Source: Phoronis australis (Eukaryota; Animalia; Phoronida). From it: a stretch of DNA of 64,000 nt. Made by a program: the position numbers and the translations under genes. Below are positions 1-13,722 of this stretch, piece by piece (position 1 is the first letter of the stretch; the number at the start of each line of letters is the position of its first letter). The stretch spans positions 319,165-383,164 of the forward strand of contig NMRA01000056.1 in NCBI GenBank assembly GCA_002633005.1, given 5' to 3'. Below the pieces are notes generated by a model. The model searched no databases. It saw only the letters and a program-made list of their open reading frames with translations, and was not told the DNA's origin.

Positions 1-50
1 CATTAGTGCATCGAAATGCATTGCAACTGTAGTACCAACTGACACAGTTA

Positions 51-345
51 CAGTGTTCTAAACAACAGAAAATTCAAACTGGACTTGAATTTCAAAATTC
101 ATGTTCGTGTGTTCAAAAGTCAATGTCTATACTGTGTGGAGTTTGAACGTTAAGTATTGAAATAAATGCACTGAACTGGTACCAAAAATCCAAAACGTGC
201 TAATTTGCTTAGAAAATGGCTAATCTCCCAATATTTCAAACTCGCTGCTCAGGTTTTTAAACTCGATGCAAGTGAGCCAAACTCGACACTGCAAAATTCA
301 AAACTCGACGTAGTGACGAGTCAAAGCAGGTTGTGGAGAACACTG
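51..345. mobile_element. Non-autonomous DNA transposon (MITE) with 16-bp TIRs and a 6-bp TSD
   Basis: Left end CAGTGTTCTAAACAAC is the reverse complement of right end GTTGTGGAGAACACTG (14/16). CAGTTA is duplicated at 45-50 and 346-351. Confidence 0.75.
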
Positions 346-3300
346 CAGTTAGTTGCCGTGGCAGCATTATGCCCACCTTGAATTTATCCTTGAATATGCC
401 AGAAAAAATTGTAAATAGAACTATTGTTTGTGTGTTACTAGTTTGTCATGTGTGGTATGATTACAACAAATCTGACAAACTGCCGTATTGATGACAAAGG
501 GACTTGCCAATAATAGACTGCATGTGTCACAGATCCTCCGCGAATTAAACTGAGAGTCGTGGGCGACGGAAAATAGATGACTGAGATTTGTTGGCGACCA
601 GCAATGACAAAACACTAGACTTAATTATTGATAACAAGCTTATGGTTAATCAAGTGTTTGTTTTTTGGCCAGTAAACTTTTTCATTTGAAATTGGATTAT
701 ACGCTTCTATGAACTCATCCACCAGGATTAATTGTTTTGAATGAGCTTATGCCTCTGCTAAATATGATCATGTGTTACGAGTCCTTTCGTTTCACTAATT
801 TCAGCTTTAAGCGCTGGCATAGTTTCTATTGGCCACGGACCACCATCGGAGTTAACCACCACACACGCAGCACGCTGTTCTAGAGAGACTCTGGGATGTG
901 ACATTTGACCCCTCTGTAATAGTGGCCAGTCTTTTAAGTCTTTGATGTGCGGCATAATGAAATTATTGTACGCCATCGGAGCAATTAGACCCAAGATAAA
1001 AACAACAGTTTTCCATTATTGTCATCCGGATAATGAACCTGTTATATGCAGATGGGACTTAGGTCAACCTGTTGACTTGTAGATGGTTCCCGAGTTCATA
1101 TCAAAGCCGGTGTTATTTTTGACTAACCTCATTTTTTACTAATCATCAAAAAATATTGTTGTGACTGTTCCGTGTAATAAATCGGATGAGCAGTTGATTT
1201 GACAGATTACGACCATGATGTTGAGGTTGTGAAGTGAACAGCACTAGATGATATAACGAGGTTTGACGCTTGCACTGGTGGAAGTAATCTAATTAGTGTG
1301 CAGGTAAATTGATTAGCACGCATGTGAGACACAGTTCAGGTGTCTCCTGACTCCCTGAACTTAGCCTTGTGGTCTGGCCAGAGGTTGTTTGCTACTGATC
1401 ATTTGGTATTGTTTTGAGTCAACATAGTGTTGGGGCGTCTGGAGTATTCTTGTTCCTGAAGCGATGCTCTGAAATTAAAAGCTCTGTTTATGTGTGCATG
1501 GTGCATGGCCGAAGGGCGATGTTTTTGCCCTTGTTTTAGTTATCTTTACCTATGCTTCAGAGAATATTACCTATCAGGGGCACTGTTTCTTTCAGTTCAT
1601 TTGAAGTATCTGCCACTAGGTAAACAGCATGTTGGATATTACATTGGCTGTCACCCCTTGAGAGCTGCTCCATAATGTCCTTTAAAGAACTGAAGATGAA
1701 AATTGTCAACATGCAGTGTATGAATGAAAAACAAACTTTCAGGTATAGAATTGGATAACACAATAGAAAACTAGTCTTACGAATTCAAGAAACTAGGAGT
1801 AATTCCTCCTGTACAATAACACCGGACAAGTAAAATTTTATTTTCTCTTGTTTTCACGTCCTGCATGTTTTCTACTGCCAGGCACTGTTTTGAAAAAAAT
1901 GACTGGGGATAGTCCCAACAATGCTAGAAGACCTTGAAAAATGAAAATTGTCCAGTATTGGAAAGCAACAGACCGGAAATTTGAGGTTAAAACATGTGAT
2001 CTGCCCTGTCTGCACCGCACTTTGGCTGAGAGTAAAAATGTAGAATTCACAAACTGGGTATAGGTATTAGTATTTTTAGTGTATTTACTCAAAAAATCTC
2101 CAGTTTAAAGATAATGAAAAAGTAAACTATTTTCCTCAAGTTCGGAACTTGTACCAAATTTTAGAAATTGATCTTCCCAAATTCAAGAATTATATGATCA
2201 AAAACAAACGAACATTCATCTGGATTTCATTGCCAACAGTATTTTGGACATTATTTGAATTGCCAAGTCTATTTTTTGACACTTTGTCCAATATTTGAGA
2301 TATAAATATGATAAACACCGAAATCGAAATTGAATGCAACAATATGTGACTGCCATCTTTGTCATCCATCATCCATTGGCTCTTTTTGCTTCATCCCCGA
2401 AACTCCTGTATGGATTTTCGTGAAATTTTGCGGACATGTTCTTATGGATGGAACGACACGAGCGAATTTGCGAATTTGCGTATGGGTTGGAGTACTGATG
2501 TGCCCCTAAAGAGGGATTTTGTGAGGATACTGGACTGTTTTGGACAGCTAAGTACAAGGAAATGCAGATTAAAGAAGGAAACATTCTTGTGTTTCCAAAA
2601 GTGAGACCAGTGCAAGTGAGAAGAAACCCGGATATTTAACTTGACTCAGAGAACCCCCCCTCCCCTGGGTGTGCCAGGCTGACATTTGTGCAGTGATAAA
2701 GGTCAGCTCTAGGTACATTGTTGCTGCTGCTAACAGAATCTGAAAATGCTTCAAGAAAAAGATTTACGTGATTAGTCATTTATAAATGTCTTTCCAAGAA
2801 CTGTTTGTTAGGATGTACAGATCAAGTGGGTATGTCGCCTCGCTATCGTCTTAATGGTATTGTTTCAAACGAGCATCGTGGTGGAAAAGATGGAAATTAA
2901 TTGGAAAATCAATTAATCTGGACCTGTTTATGTCAGAACCAATAATCGCAAAGGCACTGGCATGTTATTAGTCCAATGAACTGGCTTCGAGAACTCCTTT
3001 TAACGTAAAACTCCTTGCAGATACCTTTATTTTTAGAACTTAACCAATTGGTTTTAAACATTGCTTTTTATACATTTCCTGCTTAAAGTGATTCGACACA
3101 GTTTGCCAAAAAGCTGTTTTACGACATTGGCTAACTTATAGTACCTTTGAATATCTGTTATGTTTTATTTCAACTGATATATTATTTTATTTGAAACGTG
3201 TTAAGTTCTTTGTTTTGGCGACTAAAACAAAAAACACATTTTTGCAGATGTGTAGTTTCAAAGACCAAAATACAAAATATGAAAAAATTTAGAAAATAAA

Positions 3301-4966
3301 CAAGAAGCTACATCATTGGAATAAAACTTAAAACTGGTCGATCATTAATTAGGTACTATCTGTTGGGAAAATATCAGAACATAAAATTTCATCCATCCAC
3401 CCTGTTATCTTAAATAGGTGAGATTTTCCTCTACTTTAATATAGTTCAATTATGAATATAATCCTCACTAACCCTCTCTAATATATTTATTCAACTAAGT
3501 TATTCAACCAAATCTGCATTCCGTTTTCCACTAGAATTTCCAACCGAAAGTCCAGAAATATTGCTAGAAACGAGTACATTTTTAGAGAAGTGATTTTTGT
3601 CTGACCTGAGGCCATTAAGATGATGTAGAAAAACGTCCCAATTCTGGTTTGCAATATTTTCTACTTATGGTCCTACTGAAACCGGATAATTCTCAACTAC
3701 CTTTCAAGCACCACATTGTATCAAGCCTTGTAGCAGCCAAGTAATCAGTTGCTTTGTTGAAATAAAAGGTGACAAATTACCTGAGGTTTATTAACGAGTT
3801 TTTGATAAGCTGCCTCCCAGGTGGAATGAGATTACAGGTAGAGCTATGTATTATCGGGCGTCAAGTGTAAACATCGCCTCAGATACACGATTTGTAACCT
3901 GTTTGTGTTCGCCCTTTCAACTCCCTCGCCGGTCATCTGCGATAAAAATGATGTCAAAGCAGGTAATTAGTTCCCTGCGCTAATTATGTTTTGTTGTTGT
4001 TTTGCTTGGAATTCCAGTAGGTGTTTCTTGTTCTTTGAATGCTATTCAGGAATTTGGTCAAGGAGAAAACGTCAAACCTTCTTTAAGGGTGTGTGTGTAA
4101 AGGAGGCGCAAACTGGTAATCGAGTAACATTCCTCGTGGAAGTATTCTATTGCCTTGTTGTCTTGGAGTTGCTAGCGATAATAACTGATATGATCAGCGG
4201 ATTGCAAAATACTCAGCGTGACCGTAAGTTGTGGGTGAAGTTTTATAGAAGGTCAAGTATCAATACATTGTTTTTCCAAAACTGTTATTAAACAGCTGCA
4301 TCGTTTTTATTATACGGGTTTTTGAAACCAGTTTTACTTGTTAGCTGCCTTGTATGCAGATTATATTCTTAAACATTTTGAAACGACCATAACCGTAAAA
4401 AAGTTCGTTATGACAATATTACGGTTTATTAACTTAAAAAAAATCTTCAGGGGACTGATAAGTGTTGCAATAGGGAAGTTGATCATGTTCTTTTTATTTG
4501 GTTAAGGTAAAGTTCTCTTTTTTGAACTCTCAAGAGTACTGTTTTCTGACTTTGTGGGGTTATTTGTGAGTTTAAAATAAATAAGAATATTTGGCTGTGT
4601 CAGCTACTATACCTTAATGGTGCCTCATAAGAAAAGGGGGTTCAAATCTTCAGTTTGCACTTTCTTGAGAAAAAAACAGCTAAAAGGATGAATAATTTTT
4701 GATGGTCATAATATTAGAGCATTGGTAATCTCTTGTTGTAGTAGGTAAATTGGAAGCTGTTGACTTTGATAATTCAACTCAATCAAATTACTCACAAAAT
4801 TGCAAGTTAAGAGAGTAGTTTCTTAAAAGGTTGTCCAATTTCATCGAAATCTGTCAAAGTTTTTGCAAAAATCCAGAAAGAAAACCGGTGAAAAATCGCA
4901 CTAAACTATTTGGAATTTTGCCCGAAAATTTTGCTACAAAATTTCGTCAAATTTTGATGTGAAGAA

Positions 4967-5253
4967 ATGCTATTAAAGCATGAGAGGGGCTTCTCTGTCA
5001 CGCGTTTACACCTACACAGTGAGTCTGACTGCTCTGTTAAACTGGTTTCCACGAAGACCTGTGATCAGTCAACGTCCGCTGATGTTTACACTTCTCGTGG
5101 ATGGTGTAGGCACAAAAGTATACCTGTCCTATATCGATTCTGTCTGGGGGCACTACAGTTCATTCAAGTTAGTCAGTGGCACTGTACTGCTTTCCTGTAT
5201 CGCCATGATTTAAGTCTTACCTGGAAGCTGACAAGTCAAGTAGGAGTCAGTAG
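4967..5253 (+). CDS. Candidate alternative first coding exon of PDE4 (95 codons + 2 nt)
   Basis: ATG-initiated ORF MLLKHERG...QVGVS ends at TAG|GTTAGT. The phase-2 donor is in frame with the acceptor at 14459. No homology recognised. Confidence 0.3.
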
Positions 5254-5429
5254 GTTAGTGTAGGGTTGTGCTGTTACTATCAATCAAACAGGCCTCGAGA
5301 TAGTCTGGAAATGGCGCTATACCCCCATTGGTAATTGGTGCTCTCGGCATTGAATAAAAAGCTTGTCCATTGTCCCTCACTCTTACCATAATTGCCTCTC
5401 AATGTTGTTATCATTGTTCCGCATGTGAT

Positions 5430-5600
5430 AACATTGGCAAGGTCACCATCATGTTCACCACCACATTCTTCAACACCATTGGGTTGTTCACCATCACCAG
5501 TGTTCATTGTCATGTTCATCATGCTTGTCATCACAGTCGGTGTTGTCACCCAGCTATGTTGTCATGGCTGTCAGCGTCACCATAACGACAATGCTGACAA
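5430..5600. repeat. Degenerate CAT/CAC low-complexity tract
   Basis: Runs of catcat/caccac/tgtcat, which explain the overlapping spurious ORFs here. Confidence 0.6.
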
Positions 5601-8600
5601 TAGGCCCACCTTGTGCAGTAGTTATACCGTTGTCTTGTACCACGTTCACTCCAAGCAGTTGTAACTTTTAAATCGATTTAAAGGTTTTAACTCTGTCTGC
5701 ACACTTCAAAACTGGTTTTATATGTTATAACCATATCGCGTTTATTAGAGGTTATAGCCATAACTGGATGTGAAAAATTTATAACTCAGTAGGTGACACT
5801 GGTGTCAAATCGTGTTGGAAATAATGGCAAACTAAAGCATTGGTATAACTAAAACCATGAACTAGGGTTACGGTACATTTGTTTGTGTCGATGGTAACCA
5901 TTACATAGCAATTAAAACTATTGAAGAGTTACAACCAAAGAGTTACAACCGAAGAATTACAACCGGGTTTAGTTTGCATGACCATAGCTTACAGTTCCTA
6001 TTGCTGTACCAATTTGACTTTTTAAAACCCTTTTCTGTGATTTGAAAATTTGTCTATTACAACTTAGGGATATAGATTTTGTACAAACACCTTAATATGC
6101 AATTCATGTCATTCATCCCGTGATGTGACCAACATATGTGATGTGTAAAAATGTTAATAATTCGTACTTTGCATTTTTCTACTGAAACCTGAAGAAGTTA
6201 CCGGGTGACATGTACCTTAATTAGGTTCACCTGACCAGGTTGGATTCTGATTTGTTAATTAGATTGCAACTGGACGTTGACATCTCCGACAAATCGGTCA
6301 ACTTTTAATTAACTGACGGTGTTTACTGAAATCCTAAAGGTTCACCTGCGTTATGGCCAGTAATGAATTCTTAGAAGGTTCGAATTCTTTGAAGCTATGA
6401 AAACGAGACCGTTCAGAATGAATGAGTGTAGAACATATGCTGCGTAGAAACACGTGGTGACTTGGCTTTGAGAAATTGGTGTTTGCCTTTCGGCTGCCAG
6501 TTCTATCGGGCGAACGGAGGCAATTGTTGGAAGATCGTCAAGTGCGAGGTGACATTTTATCTCCGAGATCAAAGTTATGGCGATTAGCATTTCTCGAGCA
6601 GTGACATTAAAATAGAACTTGAACAACAAGATAAAGCCCTCTTTGACATTTTCTAGTTCATATACATTAGGCCCTGTTTGCATGGTACATGCACTGTGTA
6701 AAGTACAGTTCAATGTACGTTAAAAACAATGGCTGAGTGTTAAACAAACCAAGGCCATTGACTCCCTAATCCAAGTGGTTTTAAATCTCTAATTCGACTG
6801 GAATGCTGCGGTGATTGGAAACACTGAGAAACTAGAGTTACAAGGATTGCAGTGACGTCAAAGCTCGAACAGCAATTGAAAGTACTTTGCTAAAACGCAG
6901 TTCTGTTGAAATTTGTTTCTGACATGCAGCTGCTGTGTTTTGTATGAAAGTAAATTGTGAAGCAGTGCGTTGTAACAGCTATATCTGCCATAGAAGTTAT
7001 GTCTTGGTTGTGGAAATGAAGACAAGCCGATGGTTTATATTGGTGATGTACGTAATCGCCGCGTTTTGTTTGGAAACTTTATAATGTTCAATGACCTGTC
7101 TATGCACTATCAGTCTTTCTGCAATTGTGCTTGTCAATACTTCACTTTGATGAAAAAATGTGTTGTTTCAAAAATGCCATCAGCAACTGTCAGTCAATGT
7201 CCGCTGATTCTTTGAAAAACATTTAGATTTAACTGCCCTGGAAATGGAACATATTTTTTACTTTCGATATGCGATATGCGCTGTCTAAATTGATTATCTT
7301 TGAAGTTAGTACTTTTTTACCCTTTAACCTCACTCACAGTTGGAACACTCATTGGCAACAAAGGGTTCAGCCCCTTCTCTCCCTTGCTCTGCCAGCCTAA
7401 GCATCTGGGCCCCTAACACTGTATATCAATAACACCAGTTGTGTGAATGAACTCTCCACTCAGCTCCTGGTTTGCTGGCTGTCCAATCACATGGTCAATG
7501 ACGTAGGTTGCCAGCCCTACAGTTGGCTATATGGACTTGTTCGCCTGAGTGTTGCTTAGAGGTTAGTGTTAATGCTGGTGAGCAAGTCGACTGTCGCATT
7601 CTCTCAGCATGAGGGTACATGTTACTGAGGAAATTGACTTGACTGACATTCTATGCGAATTCATGGAGAACACTCTAAGGATTTATGAAGATGTGTTGAG
7701 AGCTAGAAGAAGGTTGGCTGGTTTTTCTCTATTTTAGGCAGATTTGGATTTTTATTTTTCCTAGGTTTACGTTATTACACCATGAGCCATTTTTCGACAA
7801 CAACCTGGAAAGATAGATAAGTTTGTGAGTACAAATTTTTAGCAAAGCGTTAAGATTTGTGCAGTAATAGGATTCTGGTGCACTTGAAAATTTAAGGTAA
7901 GCTGTGTATTTGGTGCGATTGATTTAAATAACTCGTTCTTATTTGTCAGTGAAATCTTGAATTGATTTCTGCTGATGTTGTATCTCATCCTGCTGTCGAC
8001 CCGTTATTGCTGTCATAAGTTACGTCAGTTTTAGGCGTAAAATAATTATTGCAATACATTGTGCATTCATGGAGTTATTGAAGTCACCAGTTCATTCACC
8101 TTAACGACACAATTTCATTTTGTTGGCTTCTGCTGTTGTGCCACTTCTGTGGACAATTGTTCATTGGTTGTGGCCTGTAGGCGGAGCTACCGTGCAAAGG
8201 GTGTTTATTAAAACATTGATTGACTTCTGGATGTAGATTGTCAAACTTATTGGAATAGCACGTGTGTCGTGTCGTCCTGGATAAAATTTAAACTGATATT
8301 AATTGAAAAGGATTCTGTCATTTTTTATGTTTTCTTCTCAGATACAATAGATGAAATTGTTGTTCATTTTATGAATGATTACCACTCTGGGTTATTACTC
8401 GTTTGAATCTTCAGCTAGTGTGACTAGTTTAACAAAGCATTTTGGAAATTTCAACATATTTCAGACTCTAGTCTAGTAGCTCAAGTCTTGTTCATTTCTC
8501 CCGGAGCTCTTCTGGGAATCCCTGTCATTTTCTGCTCATGCCCTAGGAGTCAGTTGAAAAGTGATGATTAAACATTAACACATGGATGGCACTGTCACCA

Positions 8601-11600
8601 ACGAGGCGGTAATTAATTAGTGATTGAGATATTATTAAGGTTGGCCAAGGCATTAGTCAAACGTACGCTGATGATATCATAATGCATTCTATGACAAGTT
8701 ACCGTTTCCTTTTGTTCCTGAAATATCAGAGTTTCAACAGAAGTTGTAGGAGTTGTTGAATTTTTTCATGTTTGCCGAGCTGTTGCATTGTTGTAGGGAG
8801 GATGGTTTTTTGTTGTATTGCTTTAACTGAGCCAGTGTTTTGGTTCGCATGCACCAAGTTCTGGGATATATTTGAACGGTGTACATTGCTTTTCGTCATA
8901 AAGTGGAGAGAGGTAAATTGAGCAACTCGCATGATTATGGTGCCGTGAACAATAATATTTTGAAAGTAATGGGGGAATGAAATTTTGAAGTTTACTCATT
9001 CTTGTTCCATTTTAAAGATCACATGGGCAACCATTAATATCGTGCACAAATGTTCTTTTTTGATTTTAAAATGACTTTGGCAGTTGAGTTTTACTGCAAA
9101 ACATTTAAAAAAGATGTCACTGATTGCTGTAGTTATTTTGGCGTGGCAGTGGCGTCTCCTATACTTCTACAACCTTTACAGGCTACAAACCAGTTTTGTT
9201 TGTTTATGCGTGGAGCACACACTGATAGTTGGGCATGTGTTGCCCAATGCTAGTAAAGAAAACAATTACCATATCTATGTACTTGGGCTGGATTCTTGAA
9301 TTTGTTTACACTGAGCAAAGACAACATGGCTGATGAAACCATGGATTAATGTGAAACCATCTATTATTGTGATAGTCGTGATGATGACGTTGAGAAATGA
9401 TTGCCCCAACTGTGGAAAACATTGGGTCATAACTGACCTCTGGTTGACAGGTTTTTGTGGTTGTTTTACTTAGGCAGGCACGCAGGCACGCATGTACAGT
9501 TATCAACAGGGATTGCTGTACTCAGTTTAGCAAATACAAAATGATTGCTTCTTTGGCTATTTAGCTATCAGTAACCCAAGGAGTGGAAGTTAGTTATGTC
9601 AAACTTTTCATCGAAATTTATTGTTGGTTTGTAGTGTGCAGTTTGTCATATAAGGACTGACATCTGGTGAAAATTTGATGAAGCAATCGGACAAGTTATA
9701 CTGGTTTTCCATTACGACGGCTAATTCTCTTAAGACAAAAGTGGTCGCTAATAACTATTGGTGCGGCAAAGTTTTAATTACAGAATGGTTTTGCCACCTT
9801 ACTAACTTACCCGTTAATTCCCTTTCATTCTCGGTCGTGAAGGAAAACTTCTCTGCCGATGAATTCAGCTTCTGCCCAGCCGTTGTGACCGGGGAAATGC
9901 AGGTCATTTTGTTTGGATACTTTTGACTGTACTACTGGTTTTGTGGTTTTGAAAATGAACAAATGGCAATTTCGGCAATCGCTTTTGTGTGAAATAATTA
10001 CTGTGTATATACCGTGTATAAAATGTATGATAATTGTTTGGCAGGAGGTCCAAATAGATGCCTTGGTCAGGACAAGAAATTTTTCAGAGTCTGCGTTATA
10101 GTTTCACTGAAAGAGTGAGAAAAGCTACAATGACAGTGAACACATGGTGCCCCCTTTTGACGAAAAATCTATGTTCATGAATCTGAGCCCGTTGTATGCA
10201 TCATAATCCTTTTTTCCTTGTACTGGTTATCTTTTTAATTACATGTACAGTATTGACGCTGCTGTTTCATTTAAGGCGTGCTTTTAAAAACCAATCACGT
10301 GTTTTTTTTTTACAGTGACTGTCAACCTCCTTAATTGATGCCCCGTGTCTCGTTTAAAATAGATTTGGCAATATTTCTGTTTTATAATTGTAATCGTTTT
10401 TCTCGGTACTAGTGATCCTCTTACTAGATTGTTTAAACCTTGTTTTTGAATTTGAATGGTTTTTGGATGATTTTTTTTTCATTGTGTTGTGTTATTGATT
10501 GAATTTTCACTTTTTTACTCTTGAGTTAAGAGCTTTATGTTTGCTACCATGGTTTCGATAGTAATAAGCCAGTCATGCTACATCAATGCAGTAATTTCGG
10601 TAATTTGGTAATTTCGTGTTGCTGCCAATTAAGTGTAAAGGTGCCTCCACAAGCTCACCTTATTGTGTATTCTGTTGCCATGGAGACAGTTGTCATGTTG
10701 AATTAGCCAGTTTTAGGGAACACCCTTGTTTTTTTTGCGGCTCCAACCAACTAGATCAGTTTGTGTTGTCTGGTTTGGCCTGTGCACCATCCTGCGTGAA
10801 CACGGCTGTCAGCCAGCCAGCCAGCCAGCGCCAGCTATTATCTGAGTGCACATTTTTTGGGCAAAATTAGCCAATTAACTGGTATGGCTCCTTGTCTTCA
10901 AAGGGGTTTGGAGATTACCCCCAGACTGTGTGGAGCATCTTGGCTTGTTAATGTTGTCTTTGTTGTCTCTGCACTGCCTTTTATGATATCTTGGCCAGTT
11001 ATTTATTGTTCTTAATGGGAATGGTGCTGACTGCTTGCTTTACATTACTCTTTTATTTATGTAATGAATTCCTTTCTTTTAGCACTGACAGAAGGGACAG
11101 CCTTGTATTGACTAGGTTGCGTATGTTCATCTACCTGTAGAAATATATCACTGGGTGCTGTTTTTTTCCCAGCCAGCGACTGCCAATGCTTCTTAGCGGT
11201 TGGGATTCAAATAGGCAGTTGCCGCAACGTTTTTACCAGTTCCAAAAGTTTTGTGCAGGCAATGCCCGCAAGTTAGTTGAGAAATTGTTATTAGTTAGTG
11301 AATTTTATCATTCCTTTCTGCTGCTACCAAGTGAGCATTATCTAATGGTTCTGTTCTGTTGACATACAGTTACTTTTCAACACACAGTACGGAATTCTAG
11401 AATGATAGCGGAATTCTAGAATGATACCTCATTGATGGGTTTGCTGAGCTGGGGGTCTTTCCAATCCTGTTACAGCCTCTTAAGCCCTGTCTGCCTTAAA
11501 AGGATTGCTAATGAATCCCGGGATTTCATTAGCCTACTCATGAAAAGCAAGACACTAATGTCTAACTAATCGCTAATTGTCAACAAAGATGTTGGATCAC

Positions 11601-13556
11601 TGGACATAGAATACTATGCCAGCTTTGATCTTTTCAATTAGCCAATGTACACAGAGATACCAGGATGTTACTGTAACCTCCCGTAAATTACATAATCTTC
11701 TTTTCAATAATGACTTTCCTTGGGAAAAACAGGTTTCAATGTCTTTTACGTCAAACAAATCTAAAGTGGGCTTAATTCCAAGCCTAAAGCACCACTTTTT
11801 AGGTTTCCCTTTGATGAGCTGATCTCAGGCTGAACTCTGTGGCCTTTGAACAATGCGGTTTTCCTTAGACGTCATCCGTCTGAGAATGCATTTAGCAAAA
11901 TTCCCTAGTGTTAAGAGATCTGCAGCCGGTATTGAATATAAAGGACAGTCCTGTTCCCATGGTTCCACACCTGTCCTTTGTGTTAGAGCATCTGTGTGTA
12001 TTCTGCTAGTTACAATTAATTTCTGAAATCTGACTTACCTTTGCACAACCCGCCGTCGTTGACATGTGTTTAGGAATTTTTCGGAATACGGGGCCCATTA
12101 GCTTGTTTTTGGTGCCAGAATTTCAACTTTTGAGGGTTTCTGGTGGTTTCTGAAATGGGCAGTATCAGATATTTAGGTGATTGCTTTGTACATGTTTTTA
12201 AAGAATATAGCTTACGTAATTGTTTCCATGGTAGCTTTTTACTGCCTGCTGCACCAACATGGCGCAGGTATTTTCTGTTTAACTATGTATATGCCACGCA
12301 GGAAGGGTAACTCTCTGGCATTTATTTGGAGTACAGTAGACTGGCCTCAAAATTCATATGCTGATGGTACCCCAAAAATCTCTACTAGCTAGGTGGCAAG
12401 TTTGGATAACGTGGACAAAAATCAACAAGCACAAGTTATTATGCGAAATTGTCCACATGTTCTGGATGGGAGTTTGTGCTGAGATGGTATTGGCTTTGAT
12501 GGTTATAGACTAGTTGGCTCTCTATTTGTATTAAATACAAATTATCACTGTGTAATATCACAGCTGGTGTGCCTGAGCTCCAAGTCTATGTTTGTGTTTC
12601 ATTAAACCATTTGGCAAGTTGACAAAAAATTAGCGCCACTGCTGTGCAGTTTTAAGGCAGTAAAATGGAGCGTTAGAAATCGATAAGATTGTTGATGGTA
12701 TCGGTGATGATTCTTCTCATTAGTCATTTTCTAGTTTCTCACCAGGTGGTGATTGTTTATGGCATATTGATATTGACGTGGTAATCTAACAGCCAATCAA
12801 TCACTTAATTTCACTACAACATCCCGAGCGTAGGAAGCTAGGAAGCATTTTATCGTATAGACAATTTATCTGCGGTGGCCCTCGCTACTGTTTATTGTTC
12901 ATTTTTTCCAGGTAAGAGGGCAGTTATTTTTTCTAAAGATGCCTGGTTCAAAAATTAAAATTAAATTAGGCTGGCATAAAAATCTCAATTCCAAACGCAG
13001 TTATCTTGGAGGTATGAAATTGAGTTGAAAAGGATAACATTTGGTCATTAAGAATGTGATATACCATTTTTCCATTACAGAGAATTAAATTCTTAAAATT
13101 ATTTATTTTCCACTATGTGGAGAATTGACATGTATGGTAACCTTGTTTTTGATAGTCCACCCATGTGTTACCAGTAAATGGCCAAAGTCAAAGACCTTGG
13201 TAATTCTCAGAACTTGTCTACCCACCTGGGTTAGCCAGTGGTCACAAGCCCAGAAAAGTAATTCATTAACCACGACCTGAATTCCAAGGTTTTTTCACCA
13301 GCCATAGGAAGCTGCCCCTGAACATATGCAGTTACAGTGACTCATTGCACTAGATATTTATTTGAACTTGGTGAACTGTACATAAGATATTCGTAGCTTA
13401 TGAGAATTTTAAACGTTTGGTATATTGCATCAGGCGCGTGTTCCATTTTTGTCTCGAAATTGTTCACAAAGTATGAAACAATAAATCCAAACTTTTGAAA
13501 GCCGTCCTAATGTGTTCTTATCATGGCTCTTACTTTAGTTTGCTCAAAGACTATGG

Positions 13557-13722
13557 CAATGGCAGATTTAGGGGAGTGGGGCAAGGGGGTCGTGCCCCCC
13601 CCCCATAGTCTGCCAGATTCCATTTGGCAGTTCAGGAATATGAATGTCTGACTGGCAAAATCCTAGCTAATAGTCTGCCCTGGTCCCCTTCCCCCTATCT
13701 CAAAATCCTGGATCCACCCCTG
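13557..13722 (-). mobile_element. MITE family B copy (inverted)
   Basis: CAATGGCAGATTTAG...CCTGGATCCACCCCTG is the reverse complement of the copies at 46248 and 48088. Confidence 0.75.

Noticed and set aside
5280-5664. Overlapping His/Met/Thr-rich ORFs
   Set aside because: Explained by the CAT/CAC low-complexity tract; no convincing splice context.
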